Source: Squalus acanthias (taxonomy: Eukaryota). Taken from it: a DNA stretch of 64,000 nucleotides. The position numbers and the translations under genes were made by a program. Positions within the stretch are counted from its first letter, which is position 1, and each line of letters begins with the position of its first letter. The notes beneath the pieces are model-generated. The model made no database searches. It was not told the DNA's origin and worked only from the letters and a program-made list of their open reading frames with translations. Below, piece by piece: positions 37,733 to 48,939 of the stretch. The stretch spans positions 162,814,001-162,878,000 of the forward strand of contig CM059425.1 in assembly GCA_030390025.1 (NCBI GenBank). Direction: 5' to 3'.

Positions 37733-38384
37733 TAGAAACATAGGAACAGGAGTAGGCCATTTAGCCCCTCGAGCCTGATCTGCCATTCAACGAGATCACG
37801 GCTGATCTGCAACCTAACTCCATACACCCGCCTTTGCCCCATATCCCTTAATACCTTTGGTTAATAAAACTCTATCAATCTCAGATTTAAAATTAACAAT
37901 TGACCTTGCATCAATTGTCAGTTGCAGAAGCGAGTTCCAAACTTCTACCACCCTGTGTGTGTAGAAGTGTTTCCTAACTTACTCCTGAAAAGCCTGGCTC
38001 TAATATTTAGACTAGGCCCCCTAGTCCTAGATGCCCCAACCAGCAGAAATAGTTTATTTCTATCTATCTATCGATCTATCTATCTATCTATCTATCCTAT
38101 CGATCTATCTATCTATCTATCTCTCTCTCTCTATCTATCTATCTCTCCTCTCTCTCTCTCTCTCTATCTCTCTCTATCTATCTCTCTCTCTATCTATCTC
38201 TCTATCTCTCTCTCTCTCTATCTATCTATCTCTCTCTCTCTCTCTATCTATCTATCTCTCTATCTATCTATCTCTCTCTCTCTATCTCTCTCTCTATCTA
38301 TCTCTCTATCTCTCTCTCTCTCTCTATCTATCTCTCTCTCTATCTATCTCTCTCTCTCTATCTATCTATCTCTCTATCTATCTC

Positions 38385-38419
<35 letters not shown>

Positions 38420-38815
38420 ATCTATCTATCTCTCTCTCTCTCCCTCTCTATCTATCTATCTCTCTATCTATCTATCTCTCTCTCTCTCTATCTATCTATC
38501 TCTCTATCTATCTCTCTATCTCTCTATCTATCTATCTCTCTCTCTATCTATCTCTCTATCTATCTCTATCTCTCTATCTATCCTATCTATCTCTCTATCT
38601 CTCTATCTATCTATCTATCTCTCTATCTATCCTATCTATCTCTATCTCTCTATCTCTCTATCTATCTCTCTATCTCTATCTCTATCTCTCTATCTATCTA
38701 TCTCTCTACCCTATCTGTTCCCTTTAATATCTTGGAAACTTCGATCAAATCACCCCTTAACCTTCTAGATTCCAGGGAATACAACCCTAGTTTGTGTAAT
38801 CTCGCCTTGTAATTT
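37733..38815 (-). mobile_element. CR1 3' fragment containing an expanded microsatellite
   Basis: CR1 3' UTR from 37733. CR1 sequence resumes after 38708. Confidence 0.85.
38059..38708. repeat. Compound (TCTA)n/(TC)n microsatellite, ~650 bp
   Basis: Directly visible. Confidence 0.98.
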
Positions 38816-38939
38816 ATCTCTCCCACATTACAACAGTGACTCCACTTCAAAAGTACTTCATTGGCTGTAAAGCACTTTGAGATGTTCAGTGGTCGTGAAA
38901 GGCGCTATATAAATGCAAGTCTTTCTTTTCTCTTTCTTG

Positions 38940-39975
38940 GAGTCCGGGTATCATTCTGATAAATCTACGCTGCACTCCCTCCAAGGCCAGTATATCCTTC
39001 CTAAGGTGTGGTGCCCAGAACTGCTCACAGTACTCCAAGTGTGATCTAACCAAGGCTTTGTATAGCTGCAGCATAACTTCTACCCCCTTGTATTCTAATC
39101 CTCTAGATATTCCATTATAAGCCCAGCATTCCATTAGCCTTTTTGATTACTTTCTGTACCTGTCCATGACATTTTAATGATCTATGTACATGGTCCCCCA
39201 AGGCTCTTTGGACCTCCACTGTTTCTAGCTTTTCACCAATTAGAAATACTCTGCTCTATCGTTTTTAGGTCCAAAGTTGATGACCTCACAGTTGCCTACA
39301 CTGAAATCCATTTGCCACAGTTTTTCCCATTAGCTTAGTTTATTATAGCTCTTTGTAATTTTATGCTTCCATCTACACTGCTTACAATGCCACCTATCTT
39401 TGTGTCATTGCAAACTTGGATATGTGGCTTTCTATCCCATCATCTAAGTCGCTAATAAATATGGTGAATAATTGAGGTCCCAAAACAGATTCTTGCAGGA
39501 CACCACTAGTCACATCCTGTGAATTAGAGTACCTTCCCATTATCCCTACTCTCTGTCTCCTGCTGCTCAACCAATTTCCTAACCAGGTCAATAATTTGCC
39601 TTCAATTCCATGAGCTTCAACTTTAGCTAACAGTCTCTTATGAAGGACTTTATCAAATACCTTATAGAAATCCATATAAATAACAGCCATAGACATTCCT
39701 CTGTCCATTACTTTAGTCACCTCTTCAAAAATTCAATCAGGTATGACCTACCCTTCATTACTGTTATTTTGCTTACGTTAACTTTGGTGAGTCCCCATCC
39801 CTGTTTCAATATTATTTTCCTTGGATGTCCGGCATGCTATCCTCTTCCTCTACTGTAAATATTGACGCAAAGTAATTATTCAACATGTCCGCCATTTCCT
39901 TATTTTCATTTACAATATCACCGATATCAGTTTTCAAGGGGCCCACATTGCTCCTCACCACCCTCTTTTCCCTAA
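38940..39975 (-). mobile_element. Decayed CR1 RT fragment, preceded by a SINE tail at about 38820-38935
   Basis: ORFs 38886-39134 and 39394-39720 contain CR1 RT peptides. Confidence 0.85.
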
Positions 39976-40850
39976 TGTTGATTGGCTTTAGTATGCGCTA
40001 GGGACAGATTGCGACCTGACGGCAAAACTATGCTGCCACTTTCGTATCATTGCACGCCCAAAGCAAATGCTAGTGTCAGTATAACTGCAGTCCTTGTTAT
40101 ATTACAGGCAACAGCCTGAAAATAATACCATTAGAAAAAGCAAGCCTCATCAGTCCTGCACAACAGCTCACTGACATGCTCACTGACATGCTTACTCGGA
40201 AAAATAGGTTTTCGTGTGAATCGACAAAAGCTACTTTCTCGTTAATTGGGCAGTTATGTACTCTATGAATCAGAAACCCAACGGGGGGAATTTCTTTTCC
40301 CTGTAAATAAAATGCTTAACGTGAGCACAATTTGTTACCCAAGTCACTTAATAATAAGCTTGTAAAGAAATGACGTTTAATTAGAAAAAAGAATACTTTG
40401 TCAACTGCTCCAAATGCGTATATAGTTCAAGAAAAAACGACAGCAGCTTGTGATAAAATTGTACTTATTGTGGCAACTCTGCAGCTGACCCGAACTGACA
40501 GCAACCCCCCTCCCCAATTCATTGAAGGAGGAAACTCTGTATCACACTGATAACCTGCCGCTGCTGAACGGCAGGGAGTTTATTGCTCCACCTGCATCTG
40601 AGAGTCAAACCCGTTATCTCCCGCCCTCAGTACAGAGCTGCAAAGTCGAAGTCCAGTTGGTATAAAGGTCCATTAGGTCTGGAGTTAAAATCAGCCCCCT
40701 TGGCTACAATCCCCTCACGTTCGCGTTGTTTACAGGCTCCCGACCCAAACACAAGACCGTGGCTTATGTGGTTAACCGTACAGAGAGATCTGGCTGAGAA
40801 ACGGACCCTTTGTCAACACAAAGTGGACAAGGAAAATACAGGGTGCTTAC

Positions 40851-40877
40851 CTTACTGTGGATGAGAGGGAAAGTCAT
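40851..40877 (-). CDS. Candidate first coding exon of the host gene (MTFPLIHSK)
   Basis: ATG with A at -3 and strong donor AAG|gtaagc, about 55 nt downstream of a TATA box. Phase 0 matches exon 19228-19276. Confidence 0.5.
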
Positions 40878-40932
40878 TCTGGCATTCCCGCACGATGCAG
40901 TGAAGCAGCCCAGACAAGCCCAGTTATAGCAC

Positions 40933-41032
40933 TTTTTATATCAATCCTGAGAGAAGCCTGCTGCACAGTCATTACACCGGGAAACCCATTAATCTAAGGC
41001 CAGTCACAACTAATGTACTGCGTGTTACCAAT
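40933..41032 (-). promoter_or_regulatory. Candidate Pol II promoter (TATA + CCAAT)
   Basis: TATAAAAA at 40933-40940 (-) and CCAAT at 41028-41032, in a repeat-free island of about 1.8 kb. Confidence 0.5.
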
Positions 41033-41854
41033 CCCAGTACTCTCCACACCCAACTCTGGGGAGGAGGTGGGGGAGATGTTAGCACAGAGAGAATCTTCCC
41101 CTCCTGTTGAAACCTCAAATAGTTTGAATATTAAGATCAATAAATAAAACCACAAAAGGTTAAGGAGTAATATCAGGATATAATTCAGCCTTTCTTTCTG
41201 TAGGGTCTGAACAGTGTTTATTTTTACTTATAATTCGCATTCCAATGAAATAACAGACTAAATTGAAAATAAATAACAGAATATGGCAAAATTGTAACAT
41301 AATTATTGATTTGGTGAAAATGATTTGGTGAAAATGAGAGTACTTTTGCTTTGAATTTACAATCTCAATTATAGTTATGTTCAGTTCATAACTCAATATA
41401 AATTAACCAGTATCCTAATGTGCGTTCATGTGTGGGGAGGGGCATGTTGCTTGCTTTGCCTGCTGCATTCATTTACCCTTACACAACCATCTGTAGTTTA
41501 AATGGTCAAATAATTCAAACTGTGATGCAAATCTGAGTCAATTATTGAAAGAAAAATTAAGCACCAAATAAAAGTATGAGTATAATACAACCAACAGCGG
41601 TTAGAACTTTAATTTAACTTCTCCAGGAAACTTTGTAAATCTTGGCCTGGAATATTGTTTGGCTCTGGTTATCGTTCAATCATTTTATGAAGAAGATACA
41701 GTATCATTCTCAATATCATGAAACTTGAGGGAGAAAGCAAGCAGGTGCAACCATCTGTTATCATCTCACATGAAAGAATCGAATATACAGAGGGCATTGA
41801 TCTTTCTGCTGCTTTCTTCCAACTAGATTTCTGTTGGTTTCTTCCATCTCTTTC

Positions 41855-42165
41855 TTCCAAACCCGCAGCCTCTACCACTTAGAAGGACAAGAGCAGCAGG
41901 CACATGGGAACACCACCACTTCTAAGTTCCCCTCCAAGTCACACACCATCTTGACTTGGAAATATATTGCCTTTCCTTCATCGTCGCTGGGTCAAAATCC
42001 TGGAACTCCCTCCCGAACAGCACTGTGGGAGTACCTTCACCACACGGACTGCAGTGGTTCAAGAAGGAGGCTCACCACCACCTTCTCGGGCATTTAGGGA
42101 TGGGCAATAAATGCTGGTCTTGCCAGCGATGCCCACATCCCGTGAACGAATAAATAATTTTTTTT
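41855..42165 (+). mobile_element. 3' fragment of the LINE family seen at 55861-57577
   Basis: Near-identical 3' region (gggtcaaaatcctggaact...gggatgggcaataaatgctgg). Confidence 0.85.
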
Positions 42166-43469
42166 TAAGTACACACCAGCAGTTGTTTTTCCAGGGTTTC
42201 TGCAGCTCTTCTGTCGAACAATCAGGAGAAGCCCTGCAGAAATTCAACCTCAGACTGTCCAGGAAGAGAGTAGATATCTGCGCTCCTCCAATTCTGGCCT
42301 CTTGCTCATCCCCGATTTTAATCGCTCCACCATTGGCGGCTGTGCCTTCAGTTGCCAAGGCCCTAAGTCCTGGAATTCAAACCTCTCCACCTCTCTTTCC
42401 TCCTTTAAGATACTCCTTAAAACCTACCTCATCTGCTCTAATATCTCCTTATGTGGCTCGCTGTCAAATTTTGTTTGATAGCGCTCCTCTGAAGTGCCTT
42501 GGCATATTTTACTACATTAAAGGCACTATATAAATGCAAGTTGTTGTTGGTGTAGTAGAGATAGATAGTGCTGACATATTCAAGAGGGAACTGGTTAGAT
42601 ATTTGGCATAGAAAGCGATTGAGGGGTATAGGACATATATTGCATGGCAAATTATTTGAAATTTGAGACCAACCAGATCGATCACAATGGTCACTCCGAG
42701 CCCTGGACATTCATGCTTATACAATTTACAATTATTTTAGGAATTCACTTTCTTCTACATTGCAGATTTCCACCCAAATTAACTCTGGCCTTCCATTGTG
42801 AGGCTAAATCATTTCTTGATTACGGTCAGAACTTGTCAATAGCAATGCCACTCCCAAATCCACTTAATTGCTTCTAAACTTTCATCTGTCTTACTGGGTT
42901 ACTAAGAATTGAGGGGCCAAATTCCCAGGAAGACACCACGAGAACAGCTCAAAAAAAGGACAGGATCGAGATACGCTGGGTCCCGATCTTAATTTGGAAA
43001 TCCTGGTTGGCCTTGTAAGGGGTGAAGCTTCCACCCACTTCATAAAAGGCTAGCCATGTCGAGGGAGGGGAGGTACAGAGCTGAGGTCTTATTATGATGG
43101 AAGATCCTGCATTCCCAGCATATAAGGAACCCCTTTACAGTGGGGGGGGGGGGGGGGGGCGGTGGGGGTGGAAACTGCATGGGGTCTCTGCGGGGGGGAG
43201 GGGAGCTTGGACATCTCTGATGATGGTCAGGTGCCAGAGTTTCTGGCTACATGGGTCCAGGGGTCTACCTGAGATGTGCCTGTAGTGGTACGGGTGCTCA
43301 GTGGCCCCATGCAATGAGCTACCCTCCCATTAACCCTACAAACTCTGGTGGGGTCAGAACTGGACACCATTGGTAAGCAGAAACCCACCGTTACTGCCAA
43401 GATACTTCCTCCATAACACACGGTCACTGGATAGTAATCAGGGGGCAGAAACCTTGGCTGGTCGTCCTT

Positions 43470-43851
43470 CTTTCGTGGGCTTTTCTTCACAGGCTGTTGT
43501 CGGGAGCGACGAGACCGGAGGTGCTGTGAGGTGCTGTGAGTATTTGAACTCACTTTCGCGGGCTTTTCTTCACAGGCTGTTGTCGGGAGCGACGAGACCG
43601 GAGGTGCTGTGAGGTGCTGTGAGTATTTGAACTCACTTTCGCGGGCTTTTCTTCACAGGCTGTTGTCGGGAGCGACGAGACCGGAGGTGCTGTGAGGTGC
43701 TGTGAGTATTTGAACTCACTTTTGCGGGCTTTTCTTCACAGGCTGTTGTCGGGAGCGACGAGACCGGAGGTGCTGTGAGGTGCTGTGAGTATTTGAACTC
43801 ACTTTCGCGGGCTTTTCTTCACAGGCTGTTGTCGGGAGCGACGAGACCGGA
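43470..43851 (+). repeat. 83-bp tandem array (~4.6 copies) at the CR1 5' end
   Basis: Units start at 43477, 43560, 43643, 43726 and 43809 and are nearly identical. Confidence 0.97.
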
Positions 43852-44296
43852 AGCGGACCAGGTGGGAAGCACCCAGGTGAACGGCATTTAAGCAGGGTGG
43901 TGGCTTAAACCCGAGTTCCTACAGAGTAGGAACCCCCACCCGCCCTCCTCCTCTAACCTACTAGTCTTTTAGCAGTCTAAAAACAGAGGTCACAAATTTT
44001 TTGGTCTCAGTTTCTTTTCAGCAGGGCAGGACGGTTACCGGGAGGAGCGGGAAGTCGGCGTAGGACCAAGGGGACACAAGACCGGGAAATCAGCGAAAGA
44101 CCAGGGAGGTAAGACTAACTGGTAAGTACTTTCCTCAAACCTTCCTAGAAAGTAAAACTAAAACTAGTGGGATTTGGTTAGTTTAAAAAGGAATAAGAGG
44201 AGTACAGTATACATTGGTCTAAGTAAGCTTCGGGAAAACAAAAGTCAATAAATAAACTAAAACTAGAAAATTAAAAAGTAATATAAGGGTTAAGTC

Positions 44297-45244
44297 ATGG
44301 CAGTAGAGCTCGGACCTGTGTCATGCTCCTCCTGTAACATGTGGGAAATCAGGGACGCTTCCTGTGTCCCTGACAACCATGTGTGCGGGAAGTGTGTCCA
44401 GCTGCAGCTCATGTGGGACCGCATGACGGCCCTTGAGCTGCGGATGGACTCACTTTGGAGCATCCACGATTCTGAGAGGGTTGTGGATAGCACATTTAGT
44501 GAGTTGGTCACACCGCAGGTTAAGGCCAGCGTAGATAGTACATGGGTGACCAAAAGGCAGAGCAAGGGCAGGAAGGTAGTGCAGAAATCCCCTGGGGTTG
44601 TCTCCCTTAGCAACAGGTTCACCGCCTTAGGTGCTGTTGTCGGGGGGGATGACTCATCGGGGGAAGGCACCAGCAGCCAGGCTCATGGCACCATGACTGG
44701 CTCTGTTGCAAAGAAGGGAGGGAAAAAGAGTGGCAGGGCTATAGTAATAGGGGATTCGATTGTAAGGGGAATAGATAGGGGTTTCTGTGGTCGCGACCGA
44801 GACTCCAGGATGGTATGTTGCCTCCCTGGTGCAAGGGTCAAGGATGTCTCGGCGCGGGTGCAGAACATTCTGGAGGGGGAGGGGGAACAGCCAGTTGTCG
44901 TGATACATGTTGGTACCAACGACGTAGCTAAAAAAAGGGAAGAGGTCCTACAAGTAGAATTTAGGGAGTTAGGAGCCAAGCTAAAAAGTAGGACCTCGAA
45001 GGTAGTAATCTCTGGATTACTACCAGTGCCACGTGCTAGTAAGAGTACAGAGAACAGGATAGTTAGGCTAAATACGTGGCTTGAGCAGTGGTGTAAGAGG
45101 GAGGGTTTTAAATTTTTGAGGCATTGGAACCAGTTTTGTGGTAGGTGTGACCTATACAAAAGGGACGGTCTACACCTGTGCAAAGATGGAACTGATGTTC
45201 TCGGAGTAATTTTTGATAAAGCAGTTCGGGAGCATTTAAACTAG
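44297..45244 (+). CDS. CR1 ORF1p: zinc finger, coiled coil and SGNH/GDSL esterase
   Basis: CSSC...CGKC, heptad LMWDRMTALELRMDSL, IGDS, HVGTND, DGLH. 315 aa, intact. Confidence 0.93.
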   Translation: MAVELGPVSCSSCNMWEIRDASCVPDNHVCGKCVQLQLMWDRMTALELRMDSLWSIHDSERVVDSTFSELVTPQVKASVDSTWVTKRQSKGRKVVQKSPGVVSLSNRFTALGAVVGGDDSSGEGTSSQAHGTMTGSVAKKGGKKSGRAIVIGDSIVRGIDRGFCGRDRDSRMVCCLPGARVKDVSARVQNILEGEGEQPVVVIHVGTNDVAKKREEVLQVEFRELGAKLKSRTSKVVISGLLPVPRASKSTENRIVRLNTWLEQWCKREGFKFLRHWNQFCGRCDLYKRDGLHLCKDGTDVLGVIFDKAVREHLN

Positions 45245-48186
45245 GATGGCAGGGGGCTAGAAACCTATGTAGTGAAATAGAGGAAAGTGAAAGGCAGACA
45301 GAAATAAATGGTAAAAGGGTGAGGAACAAAAAACAAAGGGCCAAACTAATTCATAAAAAATGTGAGCATAAAAAAAGCCTGAGGGTTTTATACCTTAATG
45401 CGAGAAGCATCAGGAACAAGGTAGATGAATTAGCTGTGGAAATAGAGGTTAATAATTATGATCTAATTGGGATTACGGAAACATGGTTGCAGGGTGAGCA
45501 GGGCTGGGAGCTTAACATACAGGGGTATTCAGTATTTAGGAAGGATCGACAAAAAAGAAAGGGAGGAGGGGTAGCATTGCTGGTAAAAGAGGGGATAAAT
45601 GCAATTGAAAGGAAGGATATTAACTCAGTTAATACAGAATCTATATGGGTGGAGCTAAGAAATAGCGAGGGGCGAAAAACATTAATAGGAGTGGTATATA
45701 GGCCTCCAAATAGTAAAATAGAGGTTGGGGAGGGCATCACGAGGGAAATTAGAGAAGCGTGCAATAAGAGCACAGCTGTCATCATAGGTGACTTTAACTT
45801 ACATATAGATTGGACTAGCCTAATCAGTAAAAATAATGAGGAGGAGGAATTCCTTGAGTGTTTAAGGGATGGTTATCTGGATCAATATGTCGAGGAACCA
45901 ACTCGGGAACAGGCTATATTGGACTGGGTACTGTGCAATGAGAAGGGACTAATTAGTAATCTTGTTGTACGGGGACCCTTGGGTCAGAGCGATCATAACA
46001 TGATCGATTTCTCACTCGAAATGGAGAGCGAAGAAATTGACTCAGAGACTAAGGTCCTGAATTTAAACAAGGGGAATTATGATGCCATTAGACGGGAACT
46101 GAGTAGGTCTGATTGGACAACGTTCCTGGGAGGACTGGAGGTAGATAAACAATGGCAAGCATTTAAAGATAGAATGACAAAATTGCAAAAATTATTTATA
46201 CCAATCTGGCATAAAAGGAAATCTAAAAAGGTGACTCAACCGTGGATAACAGGGGAAATTAGAGACAGCATAAAATCCAAAGATAGGGCGTATAAAATAG
46301 CCAAAAAAAGCGCCAGAGCGGAAGATTGGGAACAGTTTAAGATAGAGCAAAGAAGGACAAAGGGCTTAATCAAGAGGGGCAAAATAGCTTACGAAAGCAA
46401 GCTGGCGGAAAATATAAAAACTAACTCCAAAAGCTTTTATAAGTACATCAAGAGGAAAAGACTGGTGAAAACCAAAGTTGGTCCATTGCAGTCAGATACG
46501 GGGGAATATATAACGGGAAATAAGGAAATGGCAGACCAACTAAATGCATACTTTGGGTCAGTCTTTACGAAGGAAGACACAAAAAACCTCCCTGGGATAT
46601 CGGGAAAAATAGGGACATTGGCAAAGGAGGAACTGACGCAAATCAATATCTCTAAGGATATGGTGTTAAGGAAGCTAAAGGGATTGAAGGCGGACAAATC
46701 CCCAGGGCCTGATAACATGCATCCTAGGGTACTGAAGGAGGTGGCCCTAGAGATAGCGGATGCACTAAGTATGATTTTTCAGAATTCATTAGACTCGGGA
46801 ACAGTGCCCATGGATTGGAGGGTAGCTAACGTTACCCCACTATTCAAAAAGGGGGGTAGGGAAAAAGCAGGTAATTACAGACCTGTAAGCCTTACATCAG
46901 TTGTGGGCAAAATGCTGGAGTCCATCATTAAGGATGAAATAGCGGAGCACTTAGCAAATGGGGACAGGATAGGACAGAGTCAACATGGATTTACAAAGGG
47001 TAAATCGTGCTTGACTAATCTATTGGAATTTTTTGAGGGAGTAACTGGTAAAATAGATGGGGGAGAGCCAGTAGATGTGGTGTACCTGGACTTCCAAAAG
47101 GCCTTCGACAAGGTCCCACATAAAAGATTAGCATGGAAAATTGAAGCTCATGGGATAAAGGGGAAAGTATTGACGTGGATAGAGAACTGGCTGTCAGATA
47201 GAAAACAGAGAGTTGGAATAAACGGCTCATTTTCTGAATGGCAGGCAGTAACAAGTGGGGTACCGCAGGGATCTGTCCTGGGTCCCCAGCTGTTCACAAT
47301 TTACATTAATGACCTGGATCAGGGAGTCGGATGCAGCATTTCCAAATTTGCAGACGACACTAAACTAGGAGGGGGGGTGGGCTCAGAGGAGGAGACCAGG
47401 AAGCTCCAGAGCGATTTGGACAGACTGGGTGATTGGGCGGATAAATGGCAGATGCACTATAATGTGGACAAGTGCGAAGTTATCCACCTTGGGTGCAGGA
47501 ACGGGAGGGCAAATTATTATTTAAATGGCAATAAATTGGGAGAGGGGGAAGTACAGAGAGACCTGGGTGTTCTTGTACACCAGTCACTGAAGGCGAGCAT
47601 GCAGGTGCAACAGGCGGTCAAGAAGGCAAACGGTATGCTGGCCTTCATAGCAAAAGGGTTGGAATACAGGAACAGGGATACCTTGCTGCAGCTGTACAGG
47701 GCACTGGTGAGACCACACCTCGAGTACTGTGTACAGTTTTGGTCGCCTCATCTGAGGAAAGATGTTCTTGCCATGGAGGGGGTGCAGCGGCGATTCACCA
47801 GGCTGATACCAGGAATGGCGGGATTGACCTATGAGGAGAGACTATGTAGTTTAGGGATGTACACACTGGAGTTTAGAAGATTGAGAGGGGACCTCATAGA
47901 AGTGTATAAAATTCTGACAGGTCTAGACAGACTAGATGCAGAAGGAATGTTTCCCTTGGCGGGTGAGAACAGAACTAGAGGACATAATTTAAGGATAAGG
48001 GCTAAACCATTTAGGACAGAAATGAGGGGGAATTTCTTCACTCAGAGGGTGGTGAACCTGTGGAACTCATTGCCACAGAGGGCAGTGTACGCCAGCTCAT
48101 TAAATATATTTAAGAGGGAATTAGATATAATTCTACAGGCAAAAGGGGTTAAGGGTTACGGAGAGAAGGCGGGGACGGGATACTGA
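45220..48186 (+). CDS. CR1 ORF2p: APE endonuclease and reverse transcriptase (frame open from 45220, no initiating AUG)
   Basis: YLNARS, GITETW, GDFN, SDH; QGSVLGP, FADD. No stops. The first Met falls after the endonuclease SDH motif. Confidence 0.95.
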   Translation, partial: SSSGAFKLGWQGARNLCSEIEESERQTEINGKRVRNKKQRAKLIHKKCEHKKSLRVLYLNARSIRNKVDELAVEIEVNNYDLIGITETWLQGEQGWELNIQGYSVFRKDRQKRKGGGVALLVKEGINAIERKDINSVNTESIWVELRNSEGRKTLIGVVYRPPNSKIEVGEGITREIREACNKSTAVIIGDFNLHIDWTSLISKNNEEEEFLECLRDGYLDQYVEEPTREQAILDWVLCNEKGLISNLVVRGPLGQSDHNMIDFSLEMESEEIDSETKVLNLNKGNYDAIRRELSRSDWTTFLGGLEVDKQWQAFKDRMTKLQKLFIPIWHKRKSKKVTQPWITGEIRDSIKSKDRAYKIAKKSARAEDWEQFKIEQRRTKGLIKRGKIAYESKLAENIKTNSKSFYKYIKRKRLVKTKVGPLQSDTGEYITGNKEMADQLNAYFGSVFTKEDTKNLPGISGKIGTLAKEELTQINISKDMVLRKLKGLKADKSPGPDNMHPRVLKEVALEIADALSMIFQNSLDSGTVPMDWRVANVTPLFKKGGREKAGNYRPVSLTSVVGKMLESIIKDEIAEHLANGDRIGQSQHGFTKGKSCLTNLLEFFEGVTGKIDGGEPVDVVYLDFQKAFDKVPHKRLAWKIEAHGIKGKVLTWIENWLSDRKQRVGINGSFSEWQAVTSGVPQGSVLGPQLFTIYINDLDQGVGCSISKFADDTKLGGGVGSEEETRKLQSDLDRLGDWADKWQMHYNVDKCEVIHLGCRNGRANYYLNGNKLGEGEVQRDLGVLVHQSLKASMQVQQAVKKANGMLAFIAKGLEYRNRDTLLQLYRALVRPHLEYCVQFWSPHLRKDVLAMEGVQRRFTRLIPGMAGLTYEERLCSLGMYTLEFRRLRGDLIEVYKILTGLDRLDAEGMFPLAGENRTRGHNLRIRAKPFRTEMRGNFFTQRVVNLWNSLPQRAVYASSLNIFKRELDIILQAKGVKGYGEKAGTGY

Positions 48187-48384
48187 ATTGGAGGATCAGC
48201 CATGATCTCATTAAATGGCGGAGCAGGCTCGAAGGGCCGGATGGCCTACTCCTGCTCCTATCTTCTATGTATCTATGTATCTAAGATTGCAGCCCCTGCA
48301 ATTTCAAGGCCTGAATCTTGTGGAAAAGGTAAACATTCTAGCGATGGCTGGATGCATGTACAACAGTGGTTTTACTGGTTAAAA

Positions 48385-48735
48385 AAAATCTAATTGAGGT
48401 GTTTAGAATGATGAAAGGATTTGATTCAGTAGATACAGAAAAACTATTTCCTCTGGTGAGGGAACCGAGAATAAGGATGTACAATCTTAAGATTTGAGCA
48501 AGGCCTTGCAAGAGTAAAATCAGGAAAGGGTAGTGAAAATCTTGAGCTCTCTTCCCCAAAGGCTGTGGATGATGGGTAGTTGAATTTTTCAAGACCTGAG
48601 ATCACCAGGTTTTTATTAGGTAAGGGTATCGAGCGATGTGGATCAATGGGTAGGATTTAAGATACAGATGAGCCATGATTTATTAGAATGGTGGAACCGG
48701 CTTGAGGGGCTGAATGACCTTCTCCTGTTCCTATG
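48385..48735 (+). mobile_element. Old CR1 3' fragment
   Basis: atctaattgaggtgtttagaatgatgaaagg...cagatgagccatgatt. Confidence 0.7.
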
Positions 48736-48939
48736 TAAATCATTTTTGTAGCTCAATTCATGAGAAAGGTGGACTGTGAACCACTGTGGCTGTGTGTTGC
48801 TACCATCAGGTGGAAAATAAACATTGTTCTGTGATGGCATTACCACTGCTTCCTGGCAAATGAAAATAACCTCATCTAATGTGGTTGCTGCTGGGTGAAT
48901 ATTTCTGCTTAATTCATCATCATTTCATATCTTCTCACT

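Larger units (their letters stand above)
43470..48283 (+). mobile_element. Full-length, ORF-intact CR1 LINE
   Basis: 5' tandem array and UTR, ORF1, ORF2 and a short 3' UTR ending (TCTATGTA)n. Confidence 0.95.

Noticed and set aside
37922..38812. 296-aa and 245-aa Leu/Ser/Ile/Tyr-rich ORFs
   Set aside because: They are translations of the (TCTA)/(TC) microsatellite.
43140..43210. G-quadruplex-like poly-G run
   Set aside because: It lies in a decayed MITE-like region and nothing supports a function.
43470..43851. CRISPR-like regular repeats
   Set aside because: Head-to-tail identical units with no unique spacers, no cas genes, and a eukaryotic LINE context.
45319..45321. GTG as the start of ORF2
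   Set aside because: This is an ORF-caller convention. The frame is open from 45220 and nothing marks this codon as an initiator.
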